A stretch of DNA of 64,000 bases from Haliotis rufescens (taxonomy: Eukaryota): assembly GCF_023055435.1 (NCBI RefSeq), contig NW_025963779.1:13888001-13952000 (forward strand), in the 5' to 3' direction. The notes under the pieces are model-generated. The model worked only from the letters and a program-made list of their open reading frames with translations, was not told where the DNA came from and did no database searches. The position numbers and the translations under genes are program-made. Of the stretch, positions 35,306 through 48,515 are shown one piece after another. Positions within the stretch are counted from its first letter, which is position 1, and the number at the start of each line of letters is the position of its first letter.

Positions 35306-35396
35306 ATGTTCAGGTGCTGGTCGGGAAATGGGAAGCGATGTTTCAATAAGCACCAACAGAAGATAACTCTCCTTCTCATCGGTGCTTTCATCTATG
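35306..35396 (+). CDS. First coding exon (signal peptide) of MANSC-domain / KIAA0319-like gene
   Basis: Acceptor ttcttgcag ends at 35189; ATG 35306; ...ITLLLIGAFIY G|gtgagt, phase 1, joins in frame to 36007 to give LLLIGAFIYGVSA-D. Confidence 0.7.
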
Positions 35397-36006
35397 GTGA
35401 GTGGCAGCAAGAGGTTTCCATACTATCTAAACAATACTGTAAAATCGAACTTAGTTTTGAGTTTTTCATAGGTATGCATTTTGGAGAAAAATTGTGAAGT
35501 TTGTTTGACAATTTACTGGTACAGAAGATACATGTTTAGATTGTCAGTGTCAGTGCTGTAGAGAATAGGATTACATGGATTACAGCAATGCTGTACCGTA
35601 GTAGAATAAGTGAATTAAAGTGGTTTAGATTTGTGTATTAGGTGAAGCTCAGTGGTGTACAGAAGTGGATTAGCTGAATTATGACATGTGATGTACAGTG
35701 TGTGTAGATGAATTAATGTAATGTTGTACCATACTGAAATTGGATATATAGTGGTGGTTTGTTATTGTGAATTAGATGGATTTTGATGTGTCTTCTAGTG
35801 GATGACATGAATTAGAATGGTGTACCATAGTAAATTCTGAAGCGGATAGCAGGAATTATGATGGTGGAGAAGAGATGAATGACAATTGTTCATTAGATGT
35901 ATTTGTATGTCTGAAATACAGTTTCTTAATAAGTAAATGCAAAATATGGTTGATTTCTGTATGTATTGTGACCAGGACATTGACTGAAGTTCCTTTTCAC
36001 TTTCAG

Positions 36007-36309
36007 GAGTGTCTGCAGATATCTGCAGTTCCACCATCAATGAGAGTGAAGCTCGAGATGCGATTCACAGGGGATTCAAGCCCAGGTTAGGATCCAACGC
36101 TGGACGCTACACCAAGGACATCAACGCTGCTGCTGTGTTGGACTGTGTAGTGAGCTGCTGTAATGAAGGGTCCTGTGACTCTGTCTTCTTCCATCAGAAT
36201 ACATGCTATCAGCTAGAATGCAATCGCTCCATTCCCGGTGCTTGCGACCCTCTCAAGGCAGACGACCCCAAGTTTAACAATACTTTCTACATCAGCGTTC
36301 GAACTGTGG
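36007..36309 (+). CDS. MANSC/MANEC-domain exon (KIAA0319-like protein)
   Basis: tttcag acceptor, G|gtgagt donor; DCVVSCCNEGSCDSVFFHQNTCYQLEC...ACDP fits MANSC/MANEC cysteine spacing. Confidence 0.85.
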
Positions 36310-36440
36310 GTGAGTAGCGATCTGTGTTTTTAGCAGCCTGCAGATAATGTGTTTCAAGGAGTTAGAGCTCGGTGAAGAGTGTATTTCATGGCAAGATGTT
36401 AGGCCAATTAGTTCTTTTGGCAGTCTCTTTGCACAGTTGA

Positions 36441-36720
36441 GACCCGTGAAGATCTGGGATAGAGTAGGTCTTCAGCAACCCATGCTTGTCGTAAGAGGCG
36501 ACTAACGAGATCGGGTGGTCAGACTCGCTGACCTGGTGGATGCATGTCATTGAACCCGATTGCGTGGATCGATGCTCATGATGTGAATGACTGGATTGTC
36601 TGGTCCAGACTCGATAATTTACAGACCACTGTCATATAGCTGGAATACTGCTGAGTGCAACCTTTAACAACAAACAAACAAAAAACAAACTAACAAACAA
36701 ACTAACAAACAAACAAACAA
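36441..36720 (+). mobile_element. Family C short retroposon, full length
   Basis: gacccgtgaagatc...cttgtcgtaagaggcgactaa...gctggaatactgctgagtgc + (AAAC)n; TSD-like cacagt.ga. Confidence 0.85.
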
Positions 36721-37509
36721 ACACAGTGGACAGCTGGTGATCATTTATTCATCCTTAGGTCATTATTTAACATGCTTAGGCGGTAAAAGCTTTCATAGTC
36801 AGAAGTTGTAGCTCTTTAGGCGGTGACTGGTATCCTTTACACAGAAGTGAGAGAGTTGGGTTTCAACAGTACTTAAGATATATCGAGGCCTGTAAGGTAT
36901 ATACCACTTAGGTAAAGCCAGTGAGCATAGACAATTATGGCTTTAAAACTAGGCAGAAATGTGAGTCCAGTACGCACAAATATATAAAATGGATGCCGAA
37001 AAATGAATATGTTGTGTCCTAAGGGGCCGACAATAATATTCATGGCACCGAATTCTTGTCAAGGAATATTAAGTTCTTGTAATTGAAGTAATTATCAAAC
37101 TCACTGTAGTGTGCACAACACCATTACTTTACCATGTTTACAGGACCCTCGTATTTCCTGTAAGCACCCTTGAAATTAATCATTAGGCGTCCTGTGGACC
37201 CCCCGTTTTTAAGTCGAGGTAAAACCCTGGGTATGTTGTTGACATTAAGAAGGAATCTGTGCCTCTACTACTTGCCCATGTCCAATATCTACTGTATCAC
37301 TGTTTGTCTGTAATTGTAAGTTCAGTTGAGTATAAGAGGGGGTCAAGACTTTGATCCCAGAGATATACTTCATTCGGGACCAAAACTGTGAGTTAGATTA
37401 TGCTGAAAAAAAAAGAAAAATGTGATCATGAATATTTTTGGTGTATATTATAATTCATCATAATTTGTCTCATTGTAATATTATGTTGGATGCTTAAATA
37501 TTGCTGTAA

Positions 37510-37924
37510 GACCGCCTCCGTGGTCTAGTGGCAGAGCGTCAGCCCGGAGAGCGGAAGGTCCGCCACTAGACCGCCTCCGTGGTCTAGTGGCAGAGCGTCC
37601 GCCCCGAGAGCCGAAGGTCCGGTGTTTGATCCCCGACCGCGTCATACCAAAAGATGTTAAAAGATGGTACTTGTTGTTACCCTGTCTGGCGCTCGGCATT
37701 AAGGGGCTAAAACAAGGACTGGTCGGCTTGGATTCAGTATACTGTGTCTGAGTGGGGTATTCATTACTGTTAAACTGCGGCATGGTATCTCAGTGAGCTA
37801 GCACTATAAATCGGCATCAGTCCGGACTAGTACAAGCAGCCACACAAACACACACACGTACATGCACGTGGCTATATAAGTGCGATAATCTTGGACGTGA
37901 TGTTAAACCCCATTTCACCTCACC
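37510..37924 (+). mobile_element. SINE family B with duplicated 5' head
   Basis: Head present twice (37510, 37569); 14-bp TSD taaatattgctgta. Confidence 0.9.
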
Positions 37925-38588
37925 TAAATATTGCTGTAGGCAAGCTAGAGGAGAGACAGAGTGCTCCCTTGAGAAACATACTTTATTATGTCAGCACGTT
38001 CCCCTCATTGTAACAAAGCAAGTTTAATGTATTGCATGCATATCTGATAAAAACAACAAATAGAATACATATATGACTTGTGCCCCTGTGAGCAAATGGC
38101 TATGGGCTATATACGGACATGCTTCAGTGCACACCAGCTGGTACCGTAGCTGATTGTTGTGAGTCAGACCACATAACTGTATATTACATTGCATCAGCAT
38201 GTTATATTGGATCGATTAAAGTGTCTTTGATAGGTATACAGTTAAGTTTGTGTTACACATGTAGCTTGTTTGGAAATTGCACTGCTTTAATGGATGGGTT
38301 CTTTTCTTATTTAATGATTGAGAGAACAGTATGGGCATATTTATGGTGAAAATAAGATATTTTCTTCAGGGTCACAGTAGTGAAGATATAAATGATATTT
38401 GCAGTGATCCACCTTCCAAGTTTTCAATGTTTACTGGAACTTCTTTTGAAGTGTCCAAGTCAACTATTTTTCTCAAACACACACTTTCAAGGCCTTTCTT
38501 TGACATGACTATACTACTCAATATTTACTAAGGATCACAATAGTCACCTTTAGTCAAAGGTGTGTTCCTTAGCAAATGTTGAGTAGTA

Positions 38589-38749
38589 TGTAGCGGCCAT
38601 AAATTTTTCGAGTCACGTGATGGGAGTCGAACCACGGACCTTCTGATCCGAGGTCGGACGCCTTGTCCACATGACCAAAGAGGTTAACCCCTTCAGCAAG
38701 CTGACAAGGTAAGGATGTCATCTGTGGGATGACTCCACGCCCTGCTACA
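38589..38749 (-). mobile_element. Solo LTR of the tRNA-containing TRIM
   Basis: TGTAGC...GCTACA, 161 bp, highly similar to 22829-22989; flanks agta/agaa. Confidence 0.88.
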
Positions 38750-39624
38750 AGAAAATTACAGTAGTTTCTTAGCAAATGTTGAGTAGTATATTACAGTAGT
38801 TATGGAATCATGCTCAAGAATGCAACCTATGACCCTTTGTTTCAGTGAGTGATTCAGCACAACAGTTGCACATGCATTTTGTTACAGTCGCTTGTATGCA
38901 CATGCCAACCACAAGGTTGTCTCGTGCAACTTTTGGAATAGTTTGACAATCTTTTTGTAGAGGTGTTTGGTTGTTCAGGATGTATTTTACCTGGAACAAA
39001 TACAGACTTATAACAATAGGATGACACAATAATTATTATGATAGTTAAAAGTAACATTGAAAATGTTGCAGTGGATGAACATCTTGTCATTTTCATTATT
39101 TTTCTCATTTCATTTGACGATTAGTGGCTACTTAAACATACTACATATCTCATTCAATTATGTTTTTGATTAAATTTTTATTTCTGGAGTCAAGTTACAG
39201 ATTGGAGCTCCTGCCCAGGAAAGCCTGAAGCTTGCTGGAAGGAAATTTGAGAGATGAAATACATTCATTTATTTTACCAGATGAGCACTTTTGAGATTAG
39301 GATTCAGCATGACAAGTTAACCTGAAACATATTTTAACCTGTATAGTGATCATATACATGGACATCCTCTTAAACCTCTATAATTCTACTTGCCTTTGGA
39401 TACCTTTAACATTAGACAAATTGACTTGAATGTACAGGCTAGTCCCATTCTACATCCCTGAGGATGATCCATCAGTAGCATATTCGATACAAGGGACGTT
39501 AGTTGTCTTGGGGTGTAGTGTCTTGTGAATGTTCATATGAGCAAAAGTTGTAGTTGTGAAAGAAAGATTGTGAAAAATGTATCCATGTTAGTTATTGTGT
39601 AAACATACAACAATGTACAATATT

Positions 39625-39684
39625 GAGGTGAAATTGGGTTTAACGTTGCGTCCAAGATTATTGCACTTATATAGCGATGTGCAT

Positions 39685-39729
<45 letters not shown>

Positions 39730-40009
39730 TGTGTGTGTATGGCTGCTTGTACTAGTCCGGACTGATGCCGATTTATAGTGTTAGCCCACTGAGATATCAT
39801 GTCGCAGTTTAACATGAATACCCCACTCAGACACAGTATACTGACTCCGAGCCGACCAGTCCTTGTTTTAGCCCCTTAATGCCGAGCGCAAGACAGGGTA
39901 ACAACAAGTACCATCTTTTAACGTATTTTGGTATGACGCACCCGGGGGTCGAACCCCGGACCTTCCTCTCTCCGGGCGGACGCTCTACCACTAGACCACG
40001 GAGGCGGTC
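39625..40009 (-). mobile_element. SINE family B with expanded (TG)n
   Basis: TSD tacaat(a/t)ttgag. Confidence 0.9.
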
Positions 40010-40379
40010 CTACAATTTTGAGTCTTATATGTGACTGATATGACTGAATTAAGACTTACTGTCTCCGATTTAAATTTTACATTGCCTGGGGTTGGAAATT
40101 CTGCCATGGTGAGACTTAATGCATGATGTGCAAATTGGGATATCTTTGTGTAGAAATATGTAGCTGCAAGTTACAAGAAATATGTGCAAGCAATGTTCAA
40201 AATAAGTGCCTGCCTGTAAGCCCGTGGCAGGTTGATCTCGTGTCGGGCCCGTAGTTTCGGATTTGTATGGGTCCTTAGGGCCCGCTGTAAATGTGGGTGT
40301 TAATCTATTTGTCACATAAGCTGCGGGGCTTTTTCTTAAATGAGGGCCTGAGTTTAGTCGGGGCCTGCAGCTTCTAAAT

Positions 40380-40570
40380 GTTGGCAGCCTGGAATGTTGG
40401 CGGTGTAAGTAATTGAGTCTGAACCAGACAATCAAGTGATCTACGCATTTGGGATACGATGACATGCATCAACCAAATCAGCGAGTCTGACCACCCAATC
40501 CCGCTAGTTGCCCCTTCCCACAAGCAGTTGCCTTTTCGGCAAGCATGGGTTGCTGAAGACCCATTCTAAC
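40380..40570 (-). mobile_element. Family C short retroposon (degenerate)
   Basis: Similarity to the family consensus. Confidence 0.7.
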
Positions 40571-40884
40571 CTACTGTAAAGTAATAAGATGGTTTAGTGT
40601 ACTGTACTCTAAGACTTGGTTATTACTTTAGTTACAGGACCTTCATATTTCTTGTGACAAAGTAAGTACAATAAATATTTCGGAGGGACTCACAATATTT
40701 ATTTTTCTGCATCCATTCTGCACATGTGTTCATACATGACGCACATTTCTGTGTCTTGCAAAACCTGAATTGTTGATGTCTTCTTGACACTGGTCCTTCA
40801 ACACAATTCCTTACATAGAGACACTACTTCATCAATACAGCAAATTAAACATGGTAAAGATATATGTTATGAAGACATTAGAAC

Positions 40885-41130
40885 TCTGTGGTGTAGTGGA
40901 TAGAGTGTCTGTATTCTCTGAGAACTGATGGTTGTCAGTTCGATCCCCTCTCCATGTTAAACCAGTTTAAAAGATGGTTCCTACCCTGCCTGGCTCCCAG
41001 TGTTACAGGGATAAAACAATGGCTGGTAGTCACAACCAGAAGTCCTGTCTAGTACAAGCAGCCACACACACACATGCATACATGTAAGTGAAATAATCTG
41101 GAACACGATGTTAACCCCATTTCACCTCAC
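40885..41130 (+). mobile_element. SINE family B-related (old)
   Basis: Box A/B remnants and tail ctagtacaagcagccacac...ccatttcacctcac. Confidence 0.65.
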
Positions 41131-42714
41131 ATAATTGCTGGAGTTACAAAATTCTGTTCAAACATTCTACACTTGTGTGTAACCGTTTTTACACACATGA
41201 AATCTCTGTATCCCTGGTCCCTTACCATACAGCATGTACATGGTCTTATTGATCTTTTACTGTTTACTGACACAAAAGGATGTTTAAAATATTAAAGTGC
41301 TGAATAAGACATCAACCTTGATCTATCATCAGCGCTATACATTTAAACTGTTATAAGTGGTCCCCTTGAGGACCAGTAATCTTGAATGCAATATTTCCTG
41401 ATAAAGGTTTTCTAGCCCTCCAAGAAAGAACGTTATCAAGAGTCTCAAGACATCCATCTACTTGACCCTGCTTCGTCTGATACAAAGTCGCAATTGCCTT
41501 TTTGATAGCATCTTAGAGCCTCCAGTGACACCTCTTGTTTTCCAAAAGGGATATATCTCAAAACAGATACCCCTAGCACAAAATCTCAGGGAGAGTATTT
41601 TAAATCCTGAAGATGTTATGATATCTCAAGGATGTTATCTTCACATTAAGTGTTCTTAAAATATTTCCTGTTACATGGATTTGAATCTTTTTGCTTTGCA
41701 TGACATCTTGTAGATGGTTCTCAATTTGCTACCAGCTTCAAGGGCCATAATAAGTAACAGTAGGGATTTTTTGTTGTTGAAGTCATACTTTGGTGTGCTA
41801 TTAATTATTGTTTGTAGTATGTACCAGATATATGATATGTGGTTTGTTCTCAATAATTCAAACAGATATACATTGCCATCAAAATATTTTTATGCAATAT
41901 CTGGGAACTCGTCCAAGAGAGTTATGTTGCACATGCAAAATGGACATGGCGCAGGTCGGGGCTACATGCTTGGAACAAACATCTCATGCAACTCAACTCT
42001 CTTTGCATTTTCACCATTTTGGACTTCAGGCCACTTTTCGTATACATACATATCATTCACAGTTTAGTTATGCAAAACCTGGAGCGAATAGATGATTATG
42101 CCATTTATTTGATCACTGAAGGAACTATGAATAATGGCTCAAGTTCAACATGTATTTGACATGCGAGAGCTTGTGGACATGTTTGGTATTTTTTATCATT
42201 AGTTACTATACAGAATTACTTTGGAAAGCTAAGAAAATTTTGCATCACTAAAATTCTGCAGAAATAGTGTTAGCTATGTTTTCCTCAATAACATGGAAAA
42301 AGGTTATGTGTGGGTTGCTAACGGTAAGCTGTGACAATGTGGATGTGGCACCAGTCCAGCTGGTGTGAGTGTTGATTTCCAACTGATAACTAATTACACT
42401 AAGCAAGGTTCAATAATCTATAAGCGTCCTGTCTTAACAATGAGATTATCACATGTAAGTTGTCTGATTCAACTTCGATGAGGACTGACACTGATTGAGT
42501 TTGAACATTTCATTTTTTTCGCATAAGGAAATATTTTTTTAGGTCTGTTTTGGGTGAAAAATCAATTTGCTGTAACCGTAAATTTGTTCTAAAATATATT
42601 ATACAGTTGTCGGGACTTTGGAAATAGTTTATTATAACTATGTTCTACTGTACATTGCACATTACTACACTAGTTCTAACTGATCGTGGGCATGCAGTAT
42701 CTTATGCTTGTCAT

Positions 42715-43100
42715 TGTTTGTTTGTTTGTTTGTTGTTTAAGCCGCACTCAGCAATATTCCAGCTATATGACAGCGTTCTGTAAATAATCAAGTCTGTACT
42801 AGACATTCCAGTGATTGACATCATGAGCATTGATCCACGCACTTGGGATACGATGACATGCATCAACCAAGTTAGTGAGCCTGACCACCCAATCTTGTTA
42901 TTTGCCTCTTATGACAAGCATAGTCGTCCTAAGAGGCGATGTAATGGATTGGGTGATTGCTTGCGTGTCATTTCTTCTTGACTGCATGGATTGTTGCTCG
43001 TAATATCAATCACTGGATTGTCTTGCCCAGACTTGATTATTTACAGGCCACCATCATATAGTTGAAATATTGGCAGTGTGGCCTTGAAAAAAACCCCAAA
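42715..43100. mobile_element. Two family C fragments joined back to back (- then +)
   Basis: Minus copy ~42715-42930, plus fragment ~42930-43100. Confidence 0.65.
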
Positions 43101-44861
43101 ACATAACAATGCTAGATCACTTGTGGATTAAATCTCTGGCCAAATGTCCCCACATTTTAACAGTCCCCACATTTTAACAGTCCCCACATTTTAACGGTCC
43201 CTATTCATGTGTTCATAAAACTATGCTGTGCAGTGTGCACGAACACATTGAATTCTTATCCAGATTTATGTCTCTGATCGTGTAGGGCAGTCATTAGATA
43301 CATGAAACGCTGACTTTTCACTTGGGTCGGATATTGCATGTTCATTTTGGTTTATGATTCTGGAGATAATGTCTTGGTTTTGGTAACCTGACCTGCCTTG
43401 ATTTCCCAGTACCAGTCCCTAAAAACTTTATCTTCCTTTTAATCAAACAAATAAGTAATGAACGAAGATTCTGTTCATAATTAGAAATCTACATAATTTA
43501 ATCAGACCTTAAAAGTTTTTGATAAATTTTCAGTTTTTTTTAACATGTTATCGATACGAGGAAAAAGTATGATTTTTTAAGTTTGTTTTTTACCTTAAGT
43601 GTATTTGATTTTGAGAAACAAATTCCAAAATATGGCATTTAGACACCACCCAGTGAAAGAGATATGAGGTGTTAATTAAACGAAAGGGCAGGCCTGACAT
43701 GCATATTGTTTAAAAATACATTCATCTGACTACAGACCTGTCATTTAGGTCTGTGATGGGACTAAATGCTGGTACTAATACACACTTAATACATGCAAAT
43801 TCAGCCTGCAGGCACTCTGTGTGAGGGGAGTCAAGGCAATGCATGCAAGACATTCATTGTGGTATCGATAGGGAAATATTTGACATACTGATGAATGGAG
43901 TTCACAAGCTAATTGGTATCATGTCAGTGAATGAGGACGGGTATGTTTAAGGTGAATTAAAAATTTAAATATATTCGTTTTTTTGGCATCATGAAATTAT
44001 TGAAGTGTAGATGATATATTTCTCTATCAGAATTAGCAAAAGATGCAGAAGGCATCGAATACTTATACCAGTACTCACACAAGGCTAGCTAATACCAGCT
44101 CCTATGCAAGGCTAGTTTTTCAGGTGAGATCCCATGCCATATCAATTATCACTGACAGAAACTTGCCATAACATATCAGCTGTCACTCTTTGTAATTATT
44201 CCTAATGCATTCATTGAATTAAAAAATGTGTACAAAACAATTCTCCCTCTCCCATATCATGCATATATTTAAATTTCTTACACAACAGGAAGCGTCTATT
44301 GCATCAACACATCCACTAAAGTAAGAATTGATACATCAGAAATGTGGACGCCAGACATATTTGTACGAAGGTGTGGAGGGGAACTCCCATGTAGATAGCG
44401 TGACGTGTACTATCATTCCTGTTGGTGCATGCCGTGCTTGTTCTCTGGAGGATGCTAGACTCACAGATACAGAAGCTGAGCGTTGTTTGTCTAATGTGAT
44501 TAACAGTCATATCCTTCAAATGGTGGTATGGGGTTTGAGATTCCTTTTAACTCTGAAATCCCATATGAGTGTCAGATCTGTTGTTCTCTTGCCTAATTGA
44601 TTACTTAAGAAATGTCTGCAAGATTTTGTTACAGGTGCATAATTGTTTACCATGCTTGTCTTGAACAATAATATATATGACTATGATTTGTTGGTGAATG
44701 GTGGGTCCCTGGGAAGAGTTATTCATAAGATTATTCATTATTCTTTGAATGATGACAAATGCTCAAGCATTATTATGCATCTATATCATCTTTCAGCAAC
44801 CCAAATTATTTTTTGGTTTCTTAGGTTAGTGGCTAACATTGCTAATGGATGAGATAACAGG

Positions 44862-46467
44862 CTGTACTGACAGGTCAAACTAATGTTACATGCAGTACTT
44901 ACAGGTCATACTAATGTTACATGAAGTACTGACAGGTCAAACTAATGTTACATGTAATTCTGACAGGTCAAACTTATGTTACATGTAATTCTGACAGGTC
45001 AAACTGATGTTACATGCAGTACTTACAGGTCAAACTGATGTTACATGCAGTACTGACAGGTCAAACTAATGTTACATGCAGTACTGACAGGTCAAACTGA
45101 TGTTACATGTAGTACTGACAGGTCAGACTGATGTTACATGCAGTACTGACAGGTCAAACTGATGTTACATGCAGTACTTACAGGTCAAACTGATGTTACA
45201 TGCAGTACTGACAGGTCAAACTAATGTTACATGCAGTACTGACAGGTCAAACTAATGTTACATGCAGTACTGATAGGTCAAATTTATGTTACATGTACTA
45301 TTGACAGGTGAAACTAATGTTACATGCAGTACTGACAGGACAAACTAATGTTACATGCAGTACTGATAGGTCAAATTTATGTTACATGTACTATTGACAG
45401 GTGAAACTAATGTTACATGCAGTACTGACAGGACAAACTAATGTTACATGCAGTACTGATAGGTCAAATTTATGTTACATGTACTATTGACAGGTGAAAC
45501 TAATGTTACATGCAGTACTGACAGGTCAAACTAATGTTACATGCAGTACTGACAGGTCAAACTAATGTTACATGCAGTACTGATAGGTCAAATTTATGTT
45601 ACATGTACTATTGACAGGTGAAACTAATGTTACATGCAGTACTGACAGGTCAAACTGATGTTACATGCAGTACTTACAGGTGAAACTAATGTTACATGCA
45701 GTACTTACAGGTCAAACTGATGTTACATGCAGTACTGACAGGTCAAACTAATGTTACATGCAGTACTTACAGGTCAAACTGATGTTACATGCAGTACTGA
45801 CAGGTCAAACTGATGTTACATGCAGTACTAACAAGTCAAACTAATGTTACATGCTGTACTTACAGGTCAAACTGATGTTACATGTAGTACTGATAGGTCC
45901 ATCTAATGTTACATGCTGTACTTACAGGTCAAACTGATGTTACATGTAGTACTGACAGGTCAAACTAATGTTACATGCTGTACTTACAGGTCAAACTGAT
46001 GTTACATGTAGTACTGACAGGTCAAACTAATGTTACATGCTGTACTTACAGGTCAAACTGATGTTACATGTAGTACTGATAGGTCCATCTAATGTTACAT
46101 GCTGTACTTACAGGTCAAACTGATGTTACATGTAGTACTGACAGGTCAAACTAATGTTACATGCTGTACTTACAGGTCAAACTGATGTTACATGCAGTAC
46201 TGACAGGTCAAACTAATGTTACATGTAGTACTGATAGGTCCATCTAATGTTACATGCAGTACTGACAGGTCAAACTGATGTTACATGTTGTACTGACAGG
46301 TCAAACTAATGTTACATGCTGTACTTACAGGTCAAACTGATGTTACATGCAGTACAGACAGGTCAAACTAATGTTACAAGCAGTACTGACAGGTCAAACT
46401 AATGTTACAAGCAGTACTGACAGGTCAAACTAATGTTACATGCAGTACTGAGAGAAGGTCAAACTAT
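44862..46467 (+). repeat. 31-bp minisatellite, ~51 units
   Basis: Unit gtactgacaggtcaaactaatgttacatgca. Confidence 0.97.
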
Positions 46468-47271
46468 AACATACCATAATCCTTGACAGATGCATTTGTT
46501 GTTTTGCAAGTCTTTGAAAGAAATAACTAGTATGATGATTATGGAAAGCTGTTATAAATACCATGACCATGTAAGGTTTAAAAGACCTGCAGTTATTGCT
46601 AGAAAAGTGATCTAGGCAAAGACATTTTTCAGGAAAAATTGACGTCCTGATGTTGAATGTTGAAGAAAGTGACACATGAGAGAGTTTAGGAATAACCTCT
46701 GACGCGTCTGTTGGTGAGATAGTTTGTGTGAATGGCTAGCTAATATCCAGCATAGTTAATGTGTTAATGTGTAAACTGTGTAAACACTGCAGGCTAGTGG
46801 AGCTTACACAAGGCTGGTTCTCATAATAACTCTGTTAAATTCCCAGCTTCTAAAGGGTTACACAAATATAGAGAGTATTGATTCATAACATATTAACAGT
46901 TGTCAAACATGTGGGCCTGGCGCACTGCTGTTTTATGTGTCTCACGTGCATCCAGTGCCTGCTGATGTCCAGGGTGTATGCTGGATGCTTACACTGACAT
47001 ATTTGAAAATAGGTCACTGTTATTGTGGATTGATGATGGAGAGTAGGGAGGAAGAATATTGTATTTGAGAGAGTTAATGGGCTCTTATGCCACGGTCACC
47101 TGTATTTTGCTTAAACTGTATCTATGTTACACCTATATTACATTTATATATATTAAGATCGATATTACTTTGGTAATGGGTTGTGATGGAATGAATTGAA
47201 GAAGCATGTGTTTGAATGAGATGATCTGCAATGATCACCTGTAAATGGCAAAATAAAAAATAAAACCAATT

Positions 47272-47959
47272 CAGTCAATCTCGTTAATAAGACACTTGTT
47301 TATCTGACTATCAGCCTTATCCAACCCTAATGATGGGAACTGATAAAATAAGTGCTATTTAGACCTGTTAATCTGACTGTCTTTCACTCCGAAACTGACA
47401 CACGTAATTTGCAACGAATTGCTCAAATCACTCATTATTCAGTCTCGTTAATCCGACAGAGTGATCAGGGTACTTCCTGGTCTTCTTTTCCCCCTCGAGT
47501 ACACCGCGAGTACACATGCAAAATAAGTCGGCGTGTAGCTGCATATTACAATGGCTGCATAGAAATTTGCTTAACAACAAATAACTCCTATAGATAAACA
47601 AGACAGGATTATAATCACATGACGATGTCTAGATCACCTAAATCTCATTGAATTAGATCTAAGTTCTTGCTACCACTTAGGACATCCTATTACAGGTCAA
47701 GTCAGAGAGACCTTTCAGTCAGAATGACCGACCAATGAACTAGAACTGGAAGTTGATATTAGCCAATCCGAAAGCAGCTAACAATATAACATACCATTTT
47801 TATATATCCTTTTTGATTATTTTTTTACAACATGCATGTTTCTTTATCTATCTTGTAGTTGTCCGATTTTTTATCTACTTAATTGCGTTTATTCAACATA
47901 CTCGCTTATCTGATATGATCATATGCAACCAACCATGTCAAATTATTGGGACTTGACTG
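47272..47959. mobile_element. Degenerate Tc1/pogo-type non-autonomous element
   Basis: Ends cagtcaatctcgttaataa... / ...ttattgggacttgactg-ta, related to 23916-24084. Confidence 0.55.
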
Positions 47960-48081
47960 TACCTATGCATTGTCACATAACCAGAGTTCGTTCAAAGTAA
48001 ATCGCCCAATCAAGTTAAGTCATCAAAGTGAGTTAGCTTTCATTTATTGAATGTTATATATTGCAGTAAGACTTCCAATTA

Positions 48082-48515
48082 GGGGGCGGTGGGGTAGCCT
48101 AGTGGTTAAAGCGTTCGCTCGTCATGCCGAAGACCCGCGTTCGATTCCCCACATTGGTACAATGTATGAAGCCCATTTCTGGTGTCCCCCGACGAGATCT
48201 TGCTGGAATGTTGATTAAAATAAAGCGGCTTAAAAGCATACTCACTCACTCACTCCCAATAGGACAGGGGCACGGATGGCCCAGTTTCTAAGGCAATGTG
48301 GCCATGCATTTCGCCATGCAGAGTTGTATCCCATGGCACATCAGAAATGTATGATTGTCGATCGAATCCAAGTCAGCCCCGTTATCTTTCAAGGTTTGTC
48401 AGCGCAATACCTGTGCTCATGGGTTTCAAGTCGGACTTTCCTCCCACATTAAGCTGACATGCCGTGATATAACTCCATTACTGTTCAAAGCAGCATTAAA
48501 CCCAACTCCCTCCCT
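48082..48515 (+). mobile_element. SINE A (48082-48255) followed by SINE D (~48266-48515)
   Basis: Both heads and tails recognisable. Confidence 0.85.
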
